This document shows positions 21,710-31,769 of a stretch of DNA of 64,000 nucleotides, piece by piece (position 1 is the stretch's first letter; the number at the start of each line of letters is the position of its first letter). This stretch comes from Mayamaea pseudoterrestris. Taxonomy: Eukaryota. The DNA lies in contig BROI01000010.1 of assembly GCA_027923505.1 (NCBI GenBank), positions 744,001 through 808,000 on the forward strand, given 5' to 3'. A program made the translations under genes and the position numbers. Below the pieces are notes generated by a model. It was given only the letters and a program-made list of their open reading frames with translations, made no database searches and was not told the origin of the DNA.

Positions 21710-21858
21710 CTGTTTCCTTTTGCTGCTGTCAGTCCGTTACTCGCGTTTATCTTCTTGCGTCTGTCGCCTGCCATTTGAGACGCTTCCATTCCTTGTGCGG
21801 TTGCTCCTTCGCCTTCACTGTCAGTCAGAATCTGTCAATTTTTGGGTAATTGTTTCAA

Positions 21859-22216
21859 ATGGGACTATCTGCAATGCTACTTGGCGGGACAGTTGGCTGG
21901 GGTGCTCAACTGTTCAGCAATTCCATCAAGAAGGTTCCGAAATCGCGACGTACGTATTTGACAATCAGTTACAATTACATTGAGCATAGTCTCTCCTTAT
22001 TCACTCACACATCTAAAACCTGCAAATCATGCCTATACAGAGCCTTGGATGCACGTTGGAATGTTTATTTTGGGAGCGTATGTTGGACAACGATATGTTG
22101 ACCTGGAGGATCGACTGGTGGAGGAAATAAACGTCAGTCGGGCTTCCCGAGGCATGCCGCCATTGATAGGGACAGCTGCCTGGATTCGTTACGCCGAGCC
22201 TGCTGTTGAAAAATAG
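21859..22216 (+). CDS. Mitochondrial complex I accessory subunit B14.5b/NDUFC2-like; 2 exons
   Basis: Intron 21950-22040 gives MGLSAMLLGGTVGWGAQLFSNSIKKVPKSRQPWMHVGMFILGAYVGQRY..., which matches the plant-type B14.5b pattern (G.G.Q.YSNA.RKLP..R.PW.HV). Confidence 0.8.
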
Positions 22217-22747
22217 GTTGTTGCGCAAGTGGCCGGTTGCAATTATGATTGAAGAATTGTCGGGTGTCAGGTGCGGACGTACAATGATCTAGATATACAA
22301 AGGATCTTAAAATTCCGACATTTTAGAACCCTATCATCTCTATGATACCGGTACTATGTAGGAGTGCTCATTATCTAAGAGGGGCGTACGGTTAGAGTCG
22401 AGCAATGAGGAAGTTGCAAGTTTCACTGCCCGTCTTTCTACCACATGAAGCTTTCCCGTATATTTTCTTGTCACTAATTAAACGTGATATAACATTTTGT
22501 TGTTTAGCAAATGATCATGTTGCATGTATGGCTATGGGTGCCCATATTTCCAAACGATCCCTCGGCTAGCGCCTTTCGTTACCTAACCATAGCTGCAGGG
22601 TTTTGTCTTTCCGGTTCTTGATGAGTCGGAACGAGTGGTGGACGGTCGGTTGCAGCACACGCTCCGCAACCACGAACTTAAAATCAGGCCACAACAATAC
22701 AACACATCGACGATAACGACAGTAGCACCGACCTAATTACCTTCGTC

Positions 22748-23974
22748 ATGGCATGGGCTAGCAAGCTGGAAAGAAAACTCTTATCGTTAACAGAAGCATC
22801 GAGCCCCGAATCAATTGCCACCGTCGCAAAATGGATTTGCTTCAATCGAAAACAAGCGGCAAGCTTTTGTCAAGTTCTTAGCGGGACGCTTGCTGCATCA
22901 GATCGTCAAGTTCTCCTCCTTGAATTGATTAGTTTAGTCTTGCTGAACGACAAGGAAAGTAGTGCATGGGATCGAGGCGCAGATCTTCGTCGCGTCATGG
23001 GAGAGACCGTCCTCCTACCAAACATTGACAAGCTGAACGCTTCTTCGCGCGATAAGCTCCTCGGATTGACCGAAATTTGGGACGAGGCAAATGTCTTTGG
23101 AGGCCCTACAATTATTCATCAGATTCGCAAGCTCCAGCAATCAGGATCTTTGTCTGTTTTAGAGACGGGTGCCAGGGAACTTGACACCGAGACGAAACCT
23201 GCGGCTGCAGAATCTGCACATGATTTGCCCAAAAAACGACCATCGACTCCTACAAAGCTTTCCCGTGACGATGAGTATGATGCATTTATAACTCAAGAAG
23301 ACGATTTTGATTTGGCTCCACTGATGAAGAAACCTCGTGCGACGGCGTCGGCTTTAATGACTGCTGCCATAGACACTGTTCCCTACGATTTTGAATCCAC
23401 CGGCATTTCTTTTGTCAAAACGGAGCCATATCAATTACTAGAATCTTGCGGACAAGTTGCCAACCTTCAAATTGCTCGCGACATCCGAAATGACAGCGCC
23501 ATACAGCTTAATAGCCTCTTTACGGCTCTCCCTGAGGATGTGCGACGGTCCTGCGCCGAAGCTGCGGAAACTGACGGCGCATATGCGTTGGCGGACAATG
23601 ACACGGCTCGGGATTACAGCATTCGAATGAATCAGTCTCTGATTGATATGGACATGAATGAGCAACTTTTGAATTTATATCAGCTTCGAAAACTTATTGA
23701 GCAGCAGCAAGAAGCGAGGCAAAACGCGCGCAAACTTTTGCTGCAGTCACGCTGCCAGTTTGGGTCGGACGAAGCCGCCGCTGCCTTTTACACTGCTAAT
23801 CGAGGACAAGGCGAACTCGCGAGTCGGCGTCAAATTATGTTGGATGCCATGGAGTTAGAAGGTTGTGGTCTGGAGGAAAACGAACAGGCCGATGTCCAGT
23901 TAGATACCGCTAACCAAGACGATCTGGAACCACTGATTTGGTACAAGCCCGATGCATTTGTGGACGCAAGTTGA
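22748..23974 (+). CDS. CID (Pol II CTD-interacting) domain protein, RPRD/Rtt103-like
   Basis: The N-terminus LERKLLSLTEASSPESIATVAKWICFNRK...IWDEANVFG is typical of CID domains, followed by a coiled-coil region. Confidence 0.7.
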   Translation: MAWASKLERKLLSLTEASSPESIATVAKWICFNRKQAASFCQVLSGTLAASDRQVLLLELISLVLLNDKESSAWDRGADLRRVMGETVLLPNIDKLNASSRDKLLGLTEIWDEANVFGGPTIIHQIRKLQQSGSLSVLETGARELDTETKPAAAESAHDLPKKRPSTPTKLSRDDEYDAFITQEDDFDLAPLMKKPRATASALMTAAIDTVPYDFESTGISFVKTEPYQLLESCGQVANLQIARDIRNDSAIQLNSLFTALPEDVRRSCAEAAETDGAYALADNDTARDYSIRMNQSLIDMDMNEQLLNLYQLRKLIEQQQEARQNARKLLLQSRCQFGSDEAAAAFYTANRGQGELASRRQIMLDAMELEGCGLEENEQADVQLDTANQDDLEPLIWYKPDAFVDAS

Positions 23975-24017
23975 AGTTGGTGGCAGATTAGTCGGTACGT
24001 ACAAAAAAGTCCACGCC

Positions 24018-24119
24018 AATATTCCTGATGACGAACTTAGCTTTATAATCACAATCATTCATGCGTGTCAACTGACTGCTGGTGCAGCTTGATCTCAACA
24101 AAGCGAACTGAGGAATATT
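24018..24119 (+). ncRNA. Box C/D snoRNA, SNORD10/mgU6-77-like
   Basis: Terminal stem AATATTCC/GGAATATT. Box C TGATGA 24026-24031; D' CTGA 24072-24075; CTGC-TGGT-GCAG stem; C'-like TGATCT; box D CTGA 24108-24111. The guide CATTCATGCGTGTCA is complementary to conserved LSU rRNA UGACGCGCAUGAAUG and to U6 UGACACGCA. Confidence 0.88.
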
Positions 24120-24277
24120 TGTTGTTCTTTAGAGATGCTGAGAAGTGAATCTTCATAATCTCAAATGTATTGTTGTTCTACATTGATTCAGTGCACGAAC
24201 TGTTCTACAGTTCCACTAATTGCTCCGCCCTGCGTTGCCATCAGGTCAGTAATATTTACAATAAACGTGCTAGTGAG

Positions 24278-24386
24278 AGAGCCGTTGATGACGAAACATC
24301 ATAGACCTGTTCTTAACGCCACGGGGCACCGAAAGGTGTCCACCGGCCATGTGTCGACAAAATGATGCACCACCAGCTGAGGCTTT
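24278..24386 (+). ncRNA. Double-guide box C/D snoRNA (U33/snR55-like D guide + U25/snR56-like D' guide)
   Basis: Stem AGAGCC/GGCTTT. Box C TGATGA 24286-24291; box D CTGA 24377-24380. D guide ATGCACCACCA pairs with 18S UGGUGGUGCAU. Internal guide CATCATAGACCTGTT pairs with 18S AACAGGUCUGUGAUG, before a degenerate D' (CTTA). Confidence 0.88.
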
Positions 24387-24670
24387 TGCATCGATGTTTG
24401 CTGTCTATGCCTTTTTGCGAAAGAGACTTACACTATGAGTTTTATTTGTTTTCAAAGCTCCCAATCGCAAGTTCCGCCTCTAGCCAACACCACAGCGCGC
24501 TCTATGGGCGAACTCTGGATAATGTTTGCGACAGAGTCGTTTACATCTAACGTTTTATATATTATTTATTAGCGAGAACATAATTATTGATCGTTTTCGT
24601 CAGACTCTGCAACAGCATTAGCGCCGTAAACTTTAGTCCAGCATTGCGACAGATGCGCGATATAGGTGGG

Positions 24671-26575
24671 TCAATTATAAGCACCTGCGCCTGAATCCCA
24701 TTCAGCGTCATTCACGATGTCAAGGTTGATCGGCATATCCCAACTCGCGTCGAACTCAACTGTATCCGTTTCGCGCGACTGACCAGCTGCTTCCGCTTTT
24801 GCTGCTGCTCCGCGCATAGCATCACGTGCGTCCATGTGACGCTCGGCCATTTCCACGAGTTGGTCATTGTGTTCTTGTCGACCCTCGAGAGCTGCAATCA
24901 TATCATCTTCCAAAATCATATTCATACAAAGGTCCAGCTTGAGGTCGATATCATGCTCCCTTGCAGCAATCATCATGGCCGCTAACGCATCGGCCGCTCC
25001 ATGATCAAGCGAGCAATGACGAAGACCAAGCTGAATACTTAGTTCCCTTGTCGTGTGTCCGTGCTTGTCGAGTTCATCGAGAAATGCATTTGCCAATGCC
25101 TTGGCACCACATCGCCACGTGGGACTTGCTAAACCACCTGCAACTCTCATGGCGTCTTCCTCTTCATCATCGCTCTCACCGGACACTACTCCTAAGGCAG
25201 TGTCCATTCCAACTTCCTTGAAACCTTTCTTAAGAAAGCCCATCCCTTGCGACATGTACGACACAGCCGTTGCGCTAGCGTGGCTCTTGAGCCGACCGGC
25301 TGAATACTTTCCGCCATCTTTCTTAGACTTTCCAAGCAAAATGCCAATTGGATTGCCACTCAGATCAATTTCTAGGCGTCCACTATTGACGCACATCGCC
25401 TTGCCAATGGCCGCGGCTCCATCGGCTTGCACGTGACAACTTCGTAGTTCCAGATATCGCAGTTTACCAGTCGAAATCGCCTCCGCCAATCCGATTGCGC
25501 CTCTATCCCCAATTTTACCGTTTCCACTCAATATCAGCTTGCCTATACAGGGGCAGCTTGACTGCGCAATAACTCTTCCCAATGTCACGGCGCCGTTATC
25601 GGAAATTGCATTGGCGCCGAAATCTAATTCCTCGACGCAAAGTCGATTGTTCGCCTTCTCCATGGCCATGGCGAAAGCATCAACTCCAATGTCTTTCAAA
25701 CTGCAGCCACATAGATCAAGTCGTTGAAAAATAGGGTACTGCATTTTGTTCACTGTGTCCTTGGTGACGAGAATAGTTCGAATTGCAGCAGCCAAAGCTG
25801 ATAAGCCTGCGTCACCAACCTTCGAATTTCCCGAAAGGGAGAGCGAAAGTGGCTGAAACTGCAGCTCAGTCTTAGTCACGCCATCAAGTGATTCTTCGGT
25901 GTCATGTTTTGGATTTATATCGCAAAAGCTGTCGTTATTTGGACTGCTGACGCGATGCATTAGACCCTTGGCAATGGCGCGACAGACGGACGGTCCAATT
26001 CCTGACCTATCTAGTCGCAGTACCTTCGGACAAACTTCCACATTCCTTATGAGTAATTCGAGTGCCTGACAAAAGGCTTGCGATCCTGGTGCGTCATGTC
26101 CAAGGCGATTCCAGCCAATGTCAAGGACGTCAACCTTCTGGCGCCGGCGATGGATCCTGTTTGGACGTTCGGCTCCACCGTCATCATCGTTTTTGCTGCG
26201 TTTGCTCCTAGCGGATTGCGTAAGAATTTGATCTATCAGTTGGCTGACGCCTTGGGCTGTAAGCCGATTACAACGAGCCACGAGGTGGATGGGACCTGCG
26301 GCCATTGTAGCGTCATCCATCAAGTTTGTCAAATTATTGTCGCGCAGTGACGAAGAACTCACGTCAATCTCGACGATATGACTTGATTCATCTACACTCT
26401 GATCTTGTATAAGCTTATGAATTGTTTCGATAAGAACGTTCTCGCGCAAATGACTTGTGTAGGAAAGATCTATTTGTGTAGAGCTTGGCGGTGCGAATTG
26501 TTCTGTCTTGTAGTAAAATGCTGAAGCACCAACGGGCGACAAACAGATAAACACCAATGGCCGAACAAACTGCAT
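24671..26575 (-). CDS. Leucine-rich repeat (RNI-like) protein with predicted signal peptide
   Basis: Repeated L..LDL..N.IGD.GA..LA units; N-terminus MQFVRPLVFICLSPVGASAF. Confidence 0.8.
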   Translation of the reverse strand: MQFVRPLVFICLSPVGASAFYYKTEQFAPPSSTQIDLSYTSHLRENVLIETIHKLIQDQSVDESSHIVEIDVSSSSLRDNNLTNLMDDATMAAGPIHLVARCNRLTAQGVSQLIDQILTQSARSKRSKNDDDGGAERPNRIHRRRQKVDVLDIGWNRLGHDAPGSQAFCQALELLIRNVEVCPKVLRLDRSGIGPSVCRAIAKGLMHRVSSPNNDSFCDINPKHDTEESLDGVTKTELQFQPLSLSLSGNSKVGDAGLSALAAAIRTILVTKDTVNKMQYPIFQRLDLCGCSLKDIGVDAFAMAMEKANNRLCVEELDFGANAISDNGAVTLGRVIAQSSCPCIGKLILSGNGKIGDRGAIGLAEAISTGKLRYLELRSCHVQADGAAAIGKAMCVNSGRLEIDLSGNPIGILLGKSKKDGGKYSAGRLKSHASATAVSYMSQGMGFLKKGFKEVGMDTALGVVSGESDDEEEDAMRVAGGLASPTWRCGAKALANAFLDELDKHGHTTRELSIQLGLRHCSLDHGAADALAAMMIAAREHDIDLKLDLCMNMILEDDMIAALEGRQEHNDQLVEMAERHMDARDAMRGAAAKAEAAGQSRETDTVEFDASWDMPINLDIVNDAEWDSGAGAYN

Positions 26576-27270
26576 TCGATTTTGACTGTATGTGATGTGT
26601 GATTGATCAAGTTAAACAATGGTCGTCGCAGTGTAGGCAGTAGGCGTGGGTGGGAGGGGAAGGGTTAACGGGTAATGAAAAGGCAACAACTCGAATTTCC
26701 AAGCCCCTTGCTTTTTCAATCACACAGTCGTATTGAATTGAATTTGATTCGCTATAAATTATATCAATGACCAACGCCTCGATTGGAATGACTACAGCAC
26801 AATGACCTATCCTTTCTTTCGCTCGACTATGCGAATCCGGGCATGTAGTTCAACTTCTTATACCGTCAACGGTATGTGAAGTAACGGTTTGCAGAGCCTT
26901 ATATCATCCCGCAGTCGGGCGCAAACTGTATCGTGACTTCCAGTTCCAATTTCCAATGCCGAGGCTAAACTCCTTGCTTTTCACGACGAGCGACTACAAT
27001 TACCAACCGTAGCCTTGTCATCGATCATGACGCCTTCAGCAAGACTATAATTATAGTTGGAGGCGCTTACAGTCGATAGATGTCCCTTGTTATTGGTGAC
27101 TGCAGCCTCGCTTGCTGCTTTATCGCACTGTTTTCAACAAAGAACATGTGTTGCGTCTGTAGGCAAATTACGCATCGCGATGCCTTCGAGACGAAAACTT
27201 GAGCACTATAATCTATATTACAAGGAAAGTAGAAATGATGCTTGTATCCACAACACTATCAGACAGCCCC

Positions 27271-30009
27271 TTACACTTCCTCCGTATCGATTTCGCACAC
27301 GCTATCATCGTCATGGTAATCGTTGTCATTGAGCCGTTCATGAACGCTCCATTTGAGGCCAAGCTCGTTGAGCTTGTCCACGTATTCCTGCTTAAGCTTC
27401 TTTTTCGCATACGCAGACCGCTGACGGTTAATCCATCGCCCAAGTGCTCGTGGTGGGTCGTCCGTCGTGCGATAATGCGTGCTAACGTTGCCATCCCATG
27501 GGTTCCCGTCTTTTGTGCATTCCGCAACAAACTGCTGCAGTGATTCAAACATTGATTCCCATGAAACAATCAGAAGCATGCTCCATCGTAAGCCAATTTG
27601 CTCAAGCTTCACTTGCCGGTCCTTTTTAAGTCGGCCGGCTTGATACAAACTACGTTGCCGGTTCACCCAACGACCCAGCAGCAGATCCTCGCCTTCCTTC
27701 ACCTTTTTATTGGTCCGTTTGATTTGGTAGGACGCAGGAACATTGCCGTTCCATTTGCTATTCTGTGCTTTTTGCTCAGCAATGTAAATGCGCAGTTCTT
27801 CAAACATTTCGTCCCACTGGTTAGACGTAACGACACTCCACTTTAAACCAGCCGCAACGAGACGATCTTCACGATCCTCCTTCAAAGTGCCCTTTGCTTT
27901 AGACGACCGCTGGTTGTTAACCCACCGACCAAGTGCCTTCTCACCTCTCTTGTAGTTGGTTGGAACATGACCGTCCCAAACCCATGATGCGGCTTGCTCT
28001 GGTGTCAAGTTACATATTCCTTCCGTCCGACGCTCCTCTGCAAACTCCAACAAGCAATTGTACATTTCGTCCCACTTAAGGTCCGCTGCTGAACCGTTCT
28101 TAGCAGAGCTTCCTTTTTGGTTATTCGTCGATGCCACATCATTGGTAGAATGAACCGCTATGGGAAGCATGTCTTCCTCCTCGTCGTACTGGTTCCGTTT
28201 GTTTCTATTGGAAATCTTTGGGGTGGCATGACAAAGACTCACCGAAAGTGGAGCTACATCCGGCAAGGAAGTTTTGCGCCGACCTCGTTTCTTAAGTGGC
28301 TGGGCTGATGGATCGTGAGCAGGGTTTGAGCTGGCATGTAGATTGGCGCGTGTTCGCTCACGAATATCATCAATCTCTCGCTCGCTCAAAGAAGCCCCCT
28401 GCATAAAATTTTGCACGGAAGTCGATTGTTGAACAGCACTCTCCGCCCGACTGCGCTTTAACGGAAGCTTCCGCTGCGTATTGCGTATCCGCGAGCGTTC
28501 CGTACTGTGCCGAGACTGTACACTCATAGCGGCTGCATCTGCTTGCGCAATCGAGGCTGACGATGAAATGTCCGCCAAGTTTATGCCCGCAGACGCTGCT
28601 TGTGCAGCATCAACTGCAGCCTGAACGGCATCCAAATCCACGGATATCATGCCTGATCCAGTGCTCCAGCTGCGTAGTCGACCCCGCCGATGCGCGTCAG
28701 ACGTTGCTCCAATCATCATTAAATTACTCACGACGCTACTTGATTCCGTTGCAGCTTCGTCATCTTCGTGTTCTGCCCGATGATTAATCGCAACATTCAT
28801 ATCTTCATTTTCGCTGTCAGGCCCAGCCGCTGATTCAACAGCACCCGCTAGTTCTGCCAATTGGTCGCCCATACTTGCCACTGCCGCCGCAACGTAAGCC
28901 TGTAGCTCTGCGCCACTGACAGCAAATTCTCCGTCTGTAAACAAAGGAATATTAAAAGCGGATACTTCGGAAAGTGAGGCAATAGAGAACTCTCGATCGC
29001 GTGTTAATGCAATGCGTGAAGGAATGGATCCAGCGCTGGTGGCAGCTGCCTCTGGATGTTGCGTGTCGTGTTCCTCGTCCAATGTCAAGGCAAAGCCGCC
29101 TCGATCCGATGGGTGATTAATTGCTGAGTAGTGTGGTCGATGCTGTGCATGCGAGGATGTTGATCCGGTCTGATGATGGCTAAGATGTTGTTGATTATGA
29201 AGCATAGCGGAATCCGCATGGGGCATGGAAATATCGCTCATGCCGCCCCAAGATTCGAGTCTATCTCGCCGGGCCGACATGTAATGCGATGATAATCGAT
29301 GGTCATTGCCGCACTGGCTATCCGACTGCGAGGCCATCATTATGGCTTCCAGCAGCAATCGCTGTCCACTACTCGCAATGGTGGCTGAGCTGGAATTGTC
29401 GTCGACCGAGTCTTTTCGTTTCGTAGAATTTGCAATTGCTGCATGATTTCCTGTTGCAGCTGCAGCAGTCGGAGGTAATTCTGGGTTCACTTCCACTTCT
29501 TTAGCGGAAGCAGCAGCCGCAGCGGGTTCAAGAGCATCCAAATGATCAAGAGCCGAAGTTGGCAGCGACGGCAAGTGGTGCGCATTGCTTCCTCCCCCTC
29601 CATGGTACGAAACGTCTTGATTCTTGGGCGAATGAAAGAGTTCCTCCAATGTTTTCAGACCGGAGCTTGTATCCGATAATTTCCGTGAAGAAGCGATACT
29701 GGTATCCAAAAGAAATGTGGAATCAACGGACTCCTTATGAGGAAGTCGTTGCAGTAAAAGACTCGAAGCGTCATGATCAGTCGCCGACGAAGCTGCCAAT
29801 GTAGGAATACCCGCTACAGCAAACTTGGCAGAATAATCATGTGATCCTTTGCGTTTTTTGGAAGGAAGTCTAGACATGTCTCGCGTTGTTGTTGTTGCAT
29901 TGCTTCCAACGGTGCCTCCTTCGCGGTGTGTCGTTGTTGTACTGCTAGCATTGGACGCCTTGCGTTTTTTGGCGGGGAGAGATGACATGTGATTAACCGC
30001 CGAGGCCAT
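27271..30009 (-). CDS. Protein with three C-terminal helicase-associated (HA) repeats after a long disordered region; likely nuclear regulator
   Basis: Three W..M...L..F/Y.....WDG.VP..Y...LGRWVN.QR...L...R...L...GL.W units; NLS-like PAKKRK/PSKKRK at the N-terminus. Confidence 0.85.
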   Translation of the reverse strand: MASAVNHMSSLPAKKRKASNASSTTTTHREGGTVGSNATTTTRDMSRLPSKKRKGSHDYSAKFAVAGIPTLAASSATDHDASSLLLQRLPHKESVDSTFLLDTSIASSRKLSDTSSGLKTLEELFHSPKNQDVSYHGGGGSNAHHLPSLPTSALDHLDALEPAAAAASAKEVEVNPELPPTAAAATGNHAAIANSTKRKDSVDDNSSSATIASSGQRLLLEAIMMASQSDSQCGNDHRLSSHYMSARRDRLESWGGMSDISMPHADSAMLHNQQHLSHHQTGSTSSHAQHRPHYSAINHPSDRGGFALTLDEEHDTQHPEAAATSAGSIPSRIALTRDREFSIASLSEVSAFNIPLFTDGEFAVSGAELQAYVAAAVASMGDQLAELAGAVESAAGPDSENEDMNVAINHRAEHEDDEAATESSSVVSNLMMIGATSDAHRRGRLRSWSTGSGMISVDLDAVQAAVDAAQAASAGINLADISSSASIAQADAAAMSVQSRHSTERSRIRNTQRKLPLKRSRAESAVQQSTSVQNFMQGASLSEREIDDIRERTRANLHASSNPAHDPSAQPLKKRGRRKTSLPDVAPLSVSLCHATPKISNRNKRNQYDEEEDMLPIAVHSTNDVASTNNQKGSSAKNGSAADLKWDEMYNCLLEFAEERRTEGICNLTPEQAASWVWDGHVPTNYKRGEKALGRWVNNQRSSKAKGTLKEDREDRLVAAGLKWSVVTSNQWDEMFEELRIYIAEQKAQNSKWNGNVPASYQIKRTNKKVKEGEDLLLGRWVNRQRSLYQAGRLKKDRQVKLEQIGLRWSMLLIVSWESMFESLQQFVAECTKDGNPWDGNVSTHYRTTDDPPRALGRWINRQRSAYAKKKLKQEYVDKLNELGLKWSVHERLNDNDYHDDDSVCEIDTEEV

Positions 30010-30266
30010 GTTTTCCTACTGGTAGTTATTGAATAGGATAGCCGAACTGATTAACTTTATCTGTAACAAAAGATGCGAATATGGTTGCTAATCTCAACGA
30101 TGCAATCGGCGGCAGGCATTATTTTTTGTCCTCATGGTCGACGTCCCGATGGTTCTTTCATTCTCACTTTTCCTGCGGATCGACTGGCACGCGAATAGGT
30201 CATGAGGGTCACTAGTATTGTAGCCATGAAGTATAGAAGATTGCACCCTTCGATAACAGCGTAAAA

Positions 30267-30340
30267 GCTCGTGTAGCTCAGTTGGTTAGAGCGTGGGTCT
30301 AATAAACCCAAGGTCGCCGGTTCGATCCCGGTCTCGAGTA
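30267..30340 (+). tRNA. tRNA-Ile(AAT)
   Basis: GCTCGTG-TAGCTCAGTTGGTTAGAGC; anticodon arm TGGGT-CTAATAA-ACCCA; T arm GCCGG-TTCGATC-CCGGT; 3' CTCGAGTA. Confidence 0.95.
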
Positions 30341-30691
30341 CAATATTTTTGGATCATTGACATGAGAACGTTTACGTTCATCACAACTGCTCTTATAGCG
30401 TGTTTTTTGTGTTTTGGATGTAAAGCTACTGTAAAGATCAATGAGTTGCTGGAATGGATGCATTTCCATTGTCACATTGCAACTTTAGTCGTTGGTGCGC
30501 TGAAAGGAGAGGCATTGGCGGAACGAGCTATGCTACAGTGCTTTTGCTTCTTTTAACAGAGTATAACATTCATAGTATGCCTACATTTGAGCCTAGCTTA
30601 AGTTTACAAGCCGGTACATACGATTGCTTGACGTACCCTTGCTGCCAAAAGTCAGAATAAAGCACGGTTTATTTTGCAAGTCTTCGTCTGC

Positions 30692-31339
30692 TCAAACAGC
30701 ATATGCCTGAACCACAATGAGATCCTCCTCCTTGGGAGTATGCACCTCCTTGTTAATTTGATCAATCCCTCCTCTCGCGTCTGCTCCGATCGACTTCAAT
30801 TTAGGGAGCACCTTGCGCAGATCATGCGCTTCAATCGTATCCTTGCCCCGACAAACCTTGACCAAGTCTTGCTCTGTTGTGTCTTCAAAGCATGCGGCTA
30901 TACCAATGGTTTCGAACAAGTGACGGACAATATTATCAGCTTTGGCTTGCGCAAACGCCAATCCACCAAGTGTTTTTGGTAGAGTGCACACTTCAATCGC
31001 TTTTTGGCACATTAGAAATGCAACTGCGGTTCCGGCGCTTTCGACAAGTTCAATATCAGCTGGTGCAAGGAAATGATAGACTTCCAAACCTTCTTCTTCT
31101 TCTTGCTTTTCGCGAATTGCTTTCTTGGTCAACATAAGATTTGCATAGAGTGTTGGTAAATCAGATGCTGCTCGAAGTTGCTCCAAGTAATGGAATAGCG
31201 CAGGATCACTGGTTATGACAGCTGCTGTTCGTTTCGCCTCGTCATCATCTTCGGTGCTGTTGGAATGCTGACCTCGCCTCTTCTTTTTATTCGAGACCGC
31301 AACGTCCCGTTCGCGCTGGTTGCGGCGGGCGGAAGACAT
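30692..31339 (-). CDS. Hypothetical protein with a basic NLS-like N-terminus
   Basis: 215-aa ATG ORF with protein-like composition and KKKRR. No family recognised. Confidence 0.6.
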   Translation of the reverse strand: MSSARRNQRERDVAVSNKKKRRGQHSNSTEDDDEAKRTAAVITSDPALFHYLEQLRAASDLPTLYANLMLTKKAIREKQEEEEGLEVYHFLAPADIELVESAGTAVAFLMCQKAIEVCTLPKTLGGLAFAQAKADNIVRHLFETIGIAACFEDTTEQDLVKVCRGKDTIEAHDLRKVLPKLKSIGADARGGIDQINKEVHTPKEEDLIVVQAYAV

Positions 31340-31769
31340 GTTGCGAGTAAGGAGAAGCTGGATGGACCAAGCGTCGAACGATGAAACGCGGAATTGTGTT
31401 GGGTCCTTCTGCCATCAAATTTTAAGTATGAGCTTTAAAGTAGGCTTCATCCGTGCGAAAAATTCGGTTTCACTTAACCCATGAATGAATTTCTCTGCCA
31501 GTCTACGTTATAGAGTACTTTCAATACTTAGCCCTTGCGGAAGCGCCGTGCAGTGTTGGCTAGAAAGTAAATTTTCAGATGCAAGTCACGCAAGCCGGGC
31601 CTGCGACATCTATGGCGCTTCCGTCCACCAAGACGGGTCGATCGAAGTGCCCGACGTCGTTCGTTCTACGTCCTGTACAGTAAATAGAGTCGTTACCATT
31701 CAAAAGGATGACTTCCACGTCAATGTAATGTATCTGCCGTCAAAATAGCTTGCTATTGAAATAACATTC

